This document shows, one piece after another, positions 19,631 through 27,536 of a stretch of DNA of 64,000 bases. Location of the stretch: positions 18,973 to 82,972 of the forward strand of contig JAZOBE010000037.1 of NCBI GenBank assembly GCA_045595785.1. The letters are read 5' to 3'. Position 1 is the first letter of the stretch; each line of letters opens with the position of its first letter. The position numbers were made by a program, and so were the translations under genes. Under the pieces are notes generated by a model that saw nothing but the letters and a program-made list of their open reading frames with translations, did not search any database and was not told the DNA's origin. Source of the DNA: Eubacteriales bacterium. Its GTDB lineage: Bacteria; Bacillota; Clostridia; Oscillospirales; CAG-382.

Positions 19631-19745
19631 ATCATAAACGCCTCCGTCTCTTTTTATTCTAACATATTTTTTATAAAAAGGGTAGTATTTTAATCAAAAT
19701 AATGTTAGAATATATTTGTAAAAAACCTTTTTGCGGAGGTATAAT

Positions 19746-20798
19746 ATGAATATTTCCATAGAGCAATACAGAGATAAGCTTCGCGGAGCGTTGCTTGGAA
19801 GATTTGCAGGCTGTGTTTTGGGATGTCCCGTTGAGGGATGGAGCATTGACCGTATAGCGGCGTATGCGGAGGAATGCGGTATTGGTTTTCCGCCCTCAGA
19901 TTACTGGCCTAAGGTTCCCAATCCGGATGAGCCCAGATATATCTATAACACCTTCAAGGATTATACCCGCCCCTGCTTTGACGGAATTCCCGGTGATGAC
20001 GATATCGGATATACGCTTCTTTCCCTTTTGATTGCAGAGGAAGGAAACGGAAAGGATTTCACCCTGCAGGACGTTGCCGATACCTGGCTCAAATACATAA
20101 CAATGGCTTGGACGGCAGAAGACGTTGCCATTAAAAACCTTAAAAACGGCATCCCGCCCGAAAAAGCGGCAGAGATAGACAACCCTTATATTGAATGGAT
20201 AGGTGCGGATATCCGCTGTGACGGATACGGGTATATGTGCCCCGGCGACCCTGAAAAGGCGGCACAAATGGCAAAGACAGACGCACTTATTTCCCACCGC
20301 GGCAACGGAGTATACGGTTCTATGTATTTTGCCGCGGCTATTGCATTGGCATTTGAATGTGAAACCATAGAACAAGCACTGATAAAAGCACTTGACTATA
20401 TTCCCGCAGACAGCTCTATGGCGGAAGCGGTAAGATGGTCCATAAGGATTGCCCCCACTGTAAAGGATGCACGCCACGCAAACGAGCTGGTAACAAAGCG
20501 TTACCCCGGAATGAGCTCGGTACATACGTTGAACAATGCTTGCCTCACTATTTTCGCGCTTTATCTGGGCGGAAATGATATCGGCAAGGTATTCGGTAAC
20601 GCTGTTGCGATGGCGTACGATTGTGATTGTACCGCCGCCACCGCAGGCTCTATTGCAGGTGCCTGCTACGGAATACAAGCCCTTGACAAAAAGTGGTACG
20701 AATGCTTTGGCGACAAGGTTTGTTCATACTTCAACGGTCCCAGAGAATACAGTATTGAGGACCTGCTTTCAAGATTTGAAAAAATAGCTATTGGATAA
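19746..20798 (+). CDS. ADP-ribosylglycohydrolase family protein
   Basis: GALLGRFAGCVLGCPVEG, GDDDIGYT, IGADIR, SHRGNG, DCDCTAATAGSI; GGAGGT RBS before ATG 19746. Confidence 0.88.
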   Translation: MNISIEQYRDKLRGALLGRFAGCVLGCPVEGWSIDRIAAYAEECGIGFPPSDYWPKVPNPDEPRYIYNTFKDYTRPCFDGIPGDDDIGYTLLSLLIAEEGNGKDFTLQDVADTWLKYITMAWTAEDVAIKNLKNGIPPEKAAEIDNPYIEWIGADIRCDGYGYMCPGDPEKAAQMAKTDALISHRGNGVYGSMYFAAAIALAFECETIEQALIKALDYIPADSSMAEAVRWSIRIAPTVKDARHANELVTKRYPGMSSVHTLNNACLTIFALYLGGNDIGKVFGNAVAMAYDCDCTAATAGSIAGACYGIQALDKKWYECFGDKVCSYFNGPREYSIEDLLSRFEKIAIG

Positions 20799-20802
20799 AA
20801 AG

Positions 20803-20841
20803 AAAACACCGTTTGTATCACGCGATATAAACGGTGTTTTT
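20803..20841. terminator. Bidirectional terminator between the ARH and NUDIX genes
   Basis: 17-bp stem AAAACACCGTTTGTATC / GATATAAACGGTGTTTT. Confidence 0.8.
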
Positions 20842-20842
20842 G

Positions 20843-21256
20843 TTAAAACAATATATCCTTTGCCATTTCAATCTGAAGCATCATATGTCCGATATTGCCC
20901 TCGCCTGCAAAGGCATGTATATCGAAAAAGTCAGTATCTTCAAGAGGAAGCCACAACAACTCGTTTTCGTCGCCGTAAACATTTACGTCCTTGTTAAGCT
21001 GTCCTACGTACAATTCAAGAAGGATATTATAGTGATAATAAGTGAAATCAATAAAATGATGAAGTGTTATATCCTGTTCGGTAATACCTGTCTCCTCTGC
21101 GAGCTCCCGATAAGCGGCAGTTAAACTTTCCTCTCCGTCCTTTGCCTTGCCGCCCACAAAGTTATATTTCCCTTTATAAGGTTCCTTTAAGCGGCGGCAC
21201 ATAGGCACCTCGGTATGATCCTTATTGAACACCGCTATAATGTTAAGTTTTTTCAT
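20843..21256 (-). CDS. NUDIX hydrolase
   Basis: Complete Nudix box GGKAKDGEESLTAAYRELAEETGI; start set at ATG 21256. Confidence 0.9.
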   Translation of the reverse strand: MKKLNIIAVFNKDHTEVPMCRRLKEPYKGKYNFVGGKAKDGEESLTAAYRELAEETGITEQDITLHHFIDFTYYHYNILLELYVGQLNKDVNVYGDENELLWLPLEDTDFFDIHAFAGEGNIGHMMLQIEMAKDILF

Positions 21257-21278
21257 GCTTTTCCCACCATAAAGACAC

Positions 21279-21303
21279 AAAGCGCCTTATATAAAGGCGC
21301 TTT
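21279..21303 (-). terminator. Hairpin/terminator downstream of the 21310 gene
   Basis: AAAGCGCCTT-ATATA-AAGGCGCTTT. Confidence 0.55.
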
Positions 21304-21309
21304 GAAAGA

Positions 21310-21705
21310 TTATTTGTATTTCTTAATAAGCATAGCAAGCAGGCTTGCAACACCGTATACTGCCGCAAAAGCAACGGTAGTGATAACGGTATAAATAAGC
21401 TTTTGGGCGGCATTCGCCTCAGACGAGATGAGCAACAGCATTATAGCCACGGTTGCGGCATAGGTAACAGCTATATGTATGAGACGTGCGGTAACGGGAG
21501 CAACCTTAAGATTAAAAACAAAGAAGGATGCGCCAAGCACAAGGCTGTATACAAGCACGAACAAAAGCTGTTTTCCAAAAAGCGTTGCAAGAGTTTTTAC
21601 TCCCTCATCGGTAACGCCGGAAAGAACCATTACGATATACGCCATGGAAAGGACCGCATAAGCACCCAGACCGATAAGCGCTATATCCTTAACACTTTTT
21701 TTCAT
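21310..21705 (-). CDS. Hypothetical membrane protein (about 4 TM)
   Basis: 131 aa, hydrophobic; start overlaps the upstream stop. Confidence 0.7.
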   Translation of the reverse strand: MKKSVKDIALIGLGAYAVLSMAYIVMVLSGVTDEGVKTLATLFGKQLLFVLVYSLVLGASFFVFNLKVAPVTARLIHIAVTYAATVAIMLLLISSEANAAQKLIYTVITTVAFAAVYGVASLLAMLIKKYK

Positions 21706-22112
21706 TAGCCGATGTATTTCTTTGCGCTCTCGGGAAGATCTGCTTCGTCAACAGAAGCGGTGATCATACAGTGGATCTCATCACCGAGAATGGTATTGAA
21801 CTTATCAAGAAATTCTGCGAAAGCGAGAACGTCGTCACCGCAGATCTTAAGTGCGCTGTCTATAAAAAGGTCGGTAACGTCATGGTTGCTGGCGAGAAGG
21901 CCGCAAACAAAACCGTAAAGGGTGCAAGCATCCTTAACGGAATATGCCTTTGCGTCTACAAGGCGAACATCGTAACCGATGTTATAAGAAAGGTTTCTGC
22001 CGTATTCAACGCATACTACCGAGCCGGAAGATGCTTCAGAAGCTTTTTTTACTTCGTCAATGAGAGTTTTGGTCTTGCCGGAGCCTTTAAGTCCGACTAA
22101 CATTTTTATCAT
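21705..22112 (-). CDS. Small P-loop-containing conserved protein
   Basis: N-terminal GLKGSGKT P-loop; GAGG RBS. Confidence 0.75.
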   Translation of the reverse strand: MIKMLVGLKGSGKTKTLIDEVKKASEASSGSVVCVEYGRNLSYNIGYDVRLVDAKAYSVKDACTLYGFVCGLLASNHDVTDLFIDSALKICGDDVLAFAEFLDKFNTILGDEIHCMITASVDEADLPESAKKYIG

Positions 22113-22189
22113 ATTGATGTGCCTCCTAACGTGACTTTTAATGTCTGTATTTATTTTACTTTATAAATGAAGAAAAAGCAAGAGTTTTT

Positions 22190-23524
22190 TTAGAATTTCA
22201 TCTTGTTTTCCAACTCTTCTTTCTTACTCTCGTATCCGGGCTTGCCGAGAAGAGCGAACATATTGCGTTTATACTCCTCTACACCGGGCTGATCAAAGGG
22301 ATTTACACCGAGAATGTATCCGCTGGCAGCACATGCAAGCTCAAAGAAATATATCATTTCGCCGAGAGTATGCTCACTTCTGGAATCGTATGTGAGCATA
22401 AGGTTGGGAACGTTTCCGTCCATATGAGCGAGGAGAGTACCGGTCATAGCGTGATCGTTAATCTCGTTCATGGTCATGCCGGCAAGATAGTTAAGCGTGT
22501 CGGTATTAAGCTCATCGTAAGGTACAGTAAGCGTATTTACGGGGTTTATCTGTCTTACAACAGTCTCAAACATAGTACGACTGCCATCCTGCACGAACTG
22601 ACCGAGAGAGTGAAGATCGGTAGAGAATGCAACGGAAGCGGGGAAAATGCCCTTTCCTTCCTTGCCCTCGCTCTCACCGTAAAGCTGCTTCCACCATTCT
22701 GCCATAGAACGGAAAGCGCCCTCGTAGGAAGCAAGTATCTCTATACGCTTGCCCTGATTATACAGCGCGTTTCTGATAACCGCATATCTGTATGCAATAT
22801 TATCCAGACCGCCCGCAAAGCATTCCTCACGCATATCCTTTGCACCCTGCATAAGCGCATCTATATCACAGCCGGCAACAGCGATGGGAAGCAGACCTAC
22901 TGCGGTAAGCACGGAAAATCTTCCACCGATATCATCGGGAATAACGAAGGTCTCATATCCTTCGGCATCTGCAAAATTCTTGAGTGCGCCGCGTGCTTTA
23001 TCGGTGGTGCAATAAATTCTATCGCGCAGTTCATCACGAGAATAACGCTTCTCAAGCTCACTTCTGATAAAGCGGAACGCCAATGCGCTTTCGGTAGTAG
23101 TACCGGATTTGCTTATTACGTTTACGGACACTCTCTTGTCCTTGCACATTTCCAGAACTTCATTAAGATCGTCGCCGGAGAAGGAGTTTCCGGTAAAGTA
23201 AATATCGGGTGTCTTTTTGGAAAGACAGTTATAATTGGGAGAGCGGAGAAAATCTATTGCCGCCTTTGCGCCCAGATAACTTCCGCCGATACCGATAACG
23301 ATAAGTGCGTCGCTTGTTTCGCAAATGCGATTTGCAGCCGCCTTAATACGCGCAAACTCTTCTTTATCATAATTCACCGGAAGGTCTATCCAACCCGTAA
23401 AATCGTGTCCCTTTCCGTTACGATTGCGTATATAGCCGTCTGCAGCCTTCAGAGAATCTGAAAGAGCCTCAACAGCACCGTTTTCAAGAAAAGAAAGAGC
23501 GTATTTATCATCTAAACGTATCAT
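22190..23524 (-). CDS. pgi: Glucose-6-phosphate isomerase
   Basis: IGIGGSYLG, SKSGTTTE, IGGRFSVLT, QLYGESEGK, DLHSLGQ, FDQPGVE. Confidence 0.97.
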   Translation of the reverse strand: MIRLDDKYALSFLENGAVEALSDSLKAADGYIRNRNGKGHDFTGWIDLPVNYDKEEFARIKAAANRICETSDALIVIGIGGSYLGAKAAIDFLRSPNYNCLSKKTPDIYFTGNSFSGDDLNEVLEMCKDKRVSVNVISKSGTTTESALAFRFIRSELEKRYSRDELRDRIYCTTDKARGALKNFADAEGYETFVIPDDIGGRFSVLTAVGLLPIAVAGCDIDALMQGAKDMREECFAGGLDNIAYRYAVIRNALYNQGKRIEILASYEGAFRSMAEWWKQLYGESEGKEGKGIFPASVAFSTDLHSLGQFVQDGSRTMFETVVRQINPVNTLTVPYDELNTDTLNYLAGMTMNEINDHAMTGTLLAHMDGNVPNLMLTYDSRSEHTLGEMIYFFELACAASGYILGVNPFDQPGVEEYKRNMFALLGKPGYESKKEELENKMKF

Positions 23525-23559
23525 AATTAAAATAACTTCCTTTTTGTGAATTTCGTTCT

Positions 23560-23588
23560 ATTATATACTATAATACCCTTTTTGTCAA
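23560..23588 (-). promoter_or_regulatory. sigma-A promoter of pgi
   Basis: Perfect TTGACA-17 nt-TATAAT abutting the upstream stop codon. Confidence 0.8.
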
Positions 23589-24773
23589 TTATATAAATCC
23601 GACAGCAGTACGTAATATTCTGAGTAAAAATTCGCCATATCCGATGCGGAAAATATCCTCTGCGGCGCAAAGCTCTGCGGTGGAAAGCAGTTCTCCGTCA
23701 CGATATATATCTACTCTGCCAACAACTTGCCCCTTTTTGACCGGTGCGGTTATATCCTCAAATACGTTTATTCTTTGAGTTATCTTGCCGCCGGTTCCTT
23801 TTTCCGTCAGAATTGAAGGAGGCGTATATTCCGCAGAAAGATAGTTATCGCTTCCGCCGGGAACGAAAATTTCCTCAACGTCCATACGCTCGGGAGTTAT
23901 TACAGAATAATTGGCAAAGCCGAAATCCAGCATCTTTTTCACGGTACCGAACCGCTCGTTACTGCTTTCTCCTCCCAGCACCACGGCAACAAGATGCAAT
24001 CCGTCACGCATAGCAGTGCCCGAAAGACAAAAGCCTGCGGCGTTGGTAAATCCCGTTTTCATTCCCGTTGCACCGTTGTAATAACGTATAAGCTTATTCG
24101 TATTTGATAGGCCAAAGGCGCCGTCGCGGATGGTATCCATCCATACGGTGGTAAAATCCGTAACGTCCTTATGAGTAAGCAATTCACGAGTCATAAAAGC
24201 GACGTCACGGGCACAGCTGTAATGCCCCTCTTCGTCCAGACCGTGCGGGTTTTTGAAGTATGTATTGGTCATTCCAAGCTGGGAAGCACGGTTGTTCATC
24301 ATACCGACAAAGGTCTCTACGCTTCCTGCCACGTGCTCCGCAAGAGCCACGGTCGCATCGTTTGCCGAGGATATCATCATAGCCTTCATAAGGTCCCGCA
24401 CTGTCATTTGCTCGTTTGGCTCAAGGTATACCTGGCTCCCACCCATTTGCGCCGCATGGTCACTTACGGTAACAATTTCGTCATAAGTGATCTTTCCCGA
24501 ATCGAGAGCTTCAAAAACCAGAAGTGAAGTCATGATTTTTGTAACCGATGCGATGGGGAGCTTTTCCTCCTCGTTTTTTGCATAAAGCACGGTACCTGTA
24601 AGATAATCAGCAAGATATGCGCTTTTTACCTTGTAGTCACCGGTAAAGGCTGCTGTCTCAAACCAAAACTCTTCTGCAGGCTCGCTTTCGAATACTGACG
24701 TGCTTTCTGTTGCGCCTGCCTGCAAAGGAAATAAAATTACCGCCGCTAAAATAAAAATTAATAATCTTTTCAT
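23589..24773 (-). CDS. D-alanyl-D-alanine carboxypeptidase (peptidase S11, DacF/DacA-like)
   Basis: Signal peptide; SxxK ASVTK, SxN SAN, KTG, NPHGLD. Confidence 0.92.
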   Translation of the reverse strand: MKRLLIFILAAVILFPLQAGATESTSVFESEPAEEFWFETAAFTGDYKVKSAYLADYLTGTVLYAKNEEEKLPIASVTKIMTSLLVFEALDSGKITYDEIVTVSDHAAQMGGSQVYLEPNEQMTVRDLMKAMMISSANDATVALAEHVAGSVETFVGMMNNRASQLGMTNTYFKNPHGLDEEGHYSCARDVAFMTRELLTHKDVTDFTTVWMDTIRDGAFGLSNTNKLIRYYNGATGMKTGFTNAAGFCLSGTAMRDGLHLVAVVLGGESSNERFGTVKKMLDFGFANYSVITPERMDVEEIFVPGGSDNYLSAEYTPPSILTEKGTGGKITQRINVFEDITAPVKKGQVVGRVDIYRDGELLSTAELCAAEDIFRIGYGEFLLRILRTAVGFI

Positions 24774-24858
24774 TCGTTTATTACTCCTTTCGCGTAAATT
24801 ATATGCGACAAAAGAAAATAATATAAATAAATGAAATTGTTTTTGATAAAAGTCAATA

Positions 24859-24887
24859 TTGACAACTTGTTATTGCGGTGATATAAT
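24859..24887 (+). promoter_or_regulatory. sigma-A promoter of the methyltransferase leader
   Basis: TTGACA-17 nt-TATAAT with extended -10 TG. Confidence 0.8.
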
Positions 24888-24918
24888 GTGAAAAACTTTT
24901 TGGTGGAGAAACGCAACA

Positions 24919-24999
24919 ATGTTCGCTTATATTGCAAACAAACAGCAGGTACAGCTTGTGGTCAAAAAAGACAGCGAGCTTGTTTTGTTGCGTCTATAA
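24919..24999 (+). CDS. Putative 26-aa leader peptide (MFAYIANKQQVQLVVKKDSELVLLRL)
   Basis: GGAGA RBS upstream; lies between the promoter and an intrinsic terminator. Confidence 0.4.
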   Translation: MFAYIANKQQVQLVVKKDSELVLLRL

Positions 25000-25034
25000 T
25001 CCCGAACAAAAAAGGTTTTATACGAAGACAATAA

Positions 25035-25080
25035 AAACGGTTAAAAGCTCGGTAAATGAGCTTTTAACCGTTTATTTTTT
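25035..25080 (+). terminator. Intrinsic terminator in the leader of the methyltransferase (candidate attenuator)
   Basis: 16-bp perfect stem AAACGGTTAAAAGCTC / GAGCTTTTAACCGTTT followed by ATTTTTT. Confidence 0.75.
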
Positions 25081-25181
25081 AATTTAAAAGGAGGTGTTAT
25101 TCGTGCCGGAACAGCAAGACCGCCGCCAAAACAGCGAAGAGTGCCAACAAAGTAATTCTAAATTTACAAAGGAGAAGGAAA

Positions 25182-26066
25182 ATGAAAACTATCGACAAAG
25201 AAGTTCTGGCAGGATATAACTCCGGAATAGAAAAAGGCCGTTTACACAAAGGATTAGGACTTATCGAATTCGAGCGAACAAAAGAAATATTACTGGAAAC
25301 TTTGCCGCCTGCGCCTGCGGTTATATACGATATCGGAGGCGGTTACGGAGAATACGCCTGCTGGTTGGCAACGCTTGGATATGACGTGTATTTATACGAT
25401 ATTGCAAAAAGAAATATAGAGATGGCGCGAGAATTAGAAACGGAGACTGGCGGAAAATTAGCTTTAGCAGAAGTTGCAGATGCGCGCAGTATTCCACGTC
25501 CCGATAAGAGCGCCGACGCGATACTTTTGTTCGGACCATTATATCACATCACCGAATACAGCGAAAGAATTCTGTGCCTTAAAGAATGCAAACGTTTGCT
25601 TAAACCAGGCGGAATGCTTTATACTGCCAACATTACTTGTTTTGCCACTACTTTAAAATACGTTGCAAGATATGATACCGACTCAAAACTTGACGACGAT
25701 GAGTTTTACGCCACACTTGAAACAACGGTAAAAACCGGAATTCACACCAAAAAACCTATGGGGCTAGCATATTTTCACAGACCTGATGAAATAAAAAACG
25801 AGCTGGAAAACGTAAGCTTTAATGATATTGACATCAGAGGTGTTATCGGCCCCTGCTGGCTTATAAGAAATCTTGACGAAGCGTGGCATGACGAACACAA
25901 ACGCGAAAGTATAATGCGTGTCGTGCGTCTGCTCGAAAAAGAAGAAAGCCTTATGGGACTTTCCACTCATTTTATAACTATTTCTAAAAAAAAAGAGTCG
26001 CTTTATGATAACTCTGCGTATTGCACAACGAATAAAATCACAACAAAAAATCCCGCTCATCACTGA
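25182..26066 (+). CDS. Class I SAM-dependent methyltransferase
   Basis: Motif I IYDIGGGYG; DARS, DAILLFGPLYH, LKPGG; AAGGAG RBS. Confidence 0.88.
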   Translation: MKTIDKEVLAGYNSGIEKGRLHKGLGLIEFERTKEILLETLPPAPAVIYDIGGGYGEYACWLATLGYDVYLYDIAKRNIEMARELETETGGKLALAEVADARSIPRPDKSADAILLFGPLYHITEYSERILCLKECKRLLKPGGMLYTANITCFATTLKYVARYDTDSKLDDDEFYATLETTVKTGIHTKKPMGLAYFHRPDEIKNELENVSFNDIDIRGVIGPCWLIRNLDEAWHDEHKRESIMRVVRLLEKEESLMGLSTHFITISKKKESLYDNSAYCTTNKITTKNPAHH

Positions 26067-26081
26067 GCGGGATTTGGTTTT
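26045..26081. terminator. Bidirectional terminator
   Basis: AAATCCCGCTCA-TCAC-TGAGCGGGATTT; the methyltransferase stop codon lies inside the stem. Confidence 0.75.
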
Positions 26082-26086
26082 AGTTA

Positions 26087-27496
26087 TTATTTAACAAGAT
26101 CGGTAAGGTTATTTTCGTCAACGATAACGATAACGTAATCTACAACGGATTTACCTGCGGAAGCATGTCTGCCTGCGTCGGTAAGGTTAACAACATAGTC
26201 GCCGGAAACGCCGAGCATACAGTTATTGAAGCGTTCTGCAACGTAATCAATAAACATAGCAGAGCTGTCATCACGGTAGATCATTGCGGAAGGAAGATTA
26301 TCACGCTCGGTACAGAAGTAGAGACGGCTGAGAACGCTGGTCTTGCCCTCTGCTGCGTCGCCGTTAATAATCTGGCAACTGTCCTCAGAAGCATATTTCT
26401 GGAGTTTGGACAGATTGGTGGTGGTCAGCTTAAGACGGTGAGCGGAGTCGCCCATATCAAGAGAGAACTTGGGAGACAGAGTTACACGCTTCTCGGTAAG
26501 AGTATCTACGTCGAACTGACCGTAAACAGCAAGGTTACCGCCTACAGACAGAGTCTCATCGGAAACATTAAACTGATCAAGACCGTGAGGAGCTGCATCA
26601 GGGAACTTAACTGCGATGTGGTTCATAAGCTCGGTATAAACAAGGTAACCTGCGTAATCGGTGATATGGCTATCAGTCTTATTGTAAAGAAGATAACCGT
26701 CGTCCTTATGCTGCTCAAAAATATCGCGCATATCAATAAGGGTTACGTTGGATCTGTCAAGTGCACCGGAAACCTGATCGTAAAGAGTATTATAAGTTTC
26801 CTTCTTCGCGGTTTCGGGCAGATAATCGGAATAGGTCATAGCAGCATTGGGGATGAGAACGTAAATGATCTCAACATCATATGCGCCTGCACGGTTTTCC
26901 AGAGCGGTAAGCTGTGCGTTAAGAGTGTTGTTTACGAAATTATCGATCTTGGAAACGGTGCTGAGGTTCAGACCGCAGTAATTCTCGATAGTCTCGCGGA
27001 AGAAGAGATAGCCGTCCTTACCGAGAACTACTTCGAATTCATCGGTACGGGTCTCTGCCATAGCATCACGCTCAACAACGATCTCACGAGCAGTACTTTC
27101 CTTCTTGCCATCTACAACTGCAGTAATGGAGAGAGAACGGGAATCTCTGCCGTTAAGATCATACTCAAGGATGTAGTAACCGTTAAGAGACTTAACGGAA
27201 ACGGAATCCACGGGGCTGGTAGCGGTAACTACCGCGCCTTCTTCGCAAGAGCCGCTGATAACAACGATCTCGGGAGAGCTGTTAACTACAGAAGTTACAG
27301 TAGGACGTGCGGTATATCCTTCCTCTGTGGGAGGCTCGGATTCTACTTCATTATCATCGACGGGATCGGAAAACTCAAGAGGAGGAACCTCGTTGATGGA
27401 AGAATCGGAAAAGTTAACGCAGGATGTCAAAAGCACCGCAGTCAACAACAGTACGGCAAGCACTGTTGCCAAAGAATATCTCTTAAAGCTTGACAT
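26087..27496 (-). CDS. Lipoprotein with AlgX/AlgJ-like SGNH acetyltransferase-fold domain
   Basis: Lipobox LTSC; GKDGYLFF, VLIPN, TDSHIT motifs; the nucleophile motif reads RDDS. Confidence 0.7.
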   Translation of the reverse strand: MSSFKRYSLATVLAVLLLTAVLLTSCVNFSDSSINEVPPLEFSDPVDDNEVESEPPTEEGYTARPTVTSVVNSSPEIVVISGSCEEGAVVTATSPVDSVSVKSLNGYYILEYDLNGRDSRSLSITAVVDGKKESTAREIVVERDAMAETRTDEFEVVLGKDGYLFFRETIENYCGLNLSTVSKIDNFVNNTLNAQLTALENRAGAYDVEIIYVLIPNAAMTYSDYLPETAKKETYNTLYDQVSGALDRSNVTLIDMRDIFEQHKDDGYLLYNKTDSHITDYAGYLVYTELMNHIAVKFPDAAPHGLDQFNVSDETLSVGGNLAVYGQFDVDTLTEKRVTLSPKFSLDMGDSAHRLKLTTTNLSKLQKYASEDSCQIINGDAAEGKTSVLSRLYFCTERDNLPSAMIYRDDSSAMFIDYVAERFNNCMLGVSGDYVVNLTDAGRHASAGKSVVDYVIVIVDENNLTDLVK

Positions 27497-27536
27497 TGAA
27501 AAATAACCTCATTTCTTGGTAGTAAAACGTATGGAA

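Noticed and set aside
25986-25994. A9 tract as a phase-variation switch
   Set aside because: It lies at the extreme 3' end of the methyltransferase, after the catalytic domain, so slippage would change only the tail.
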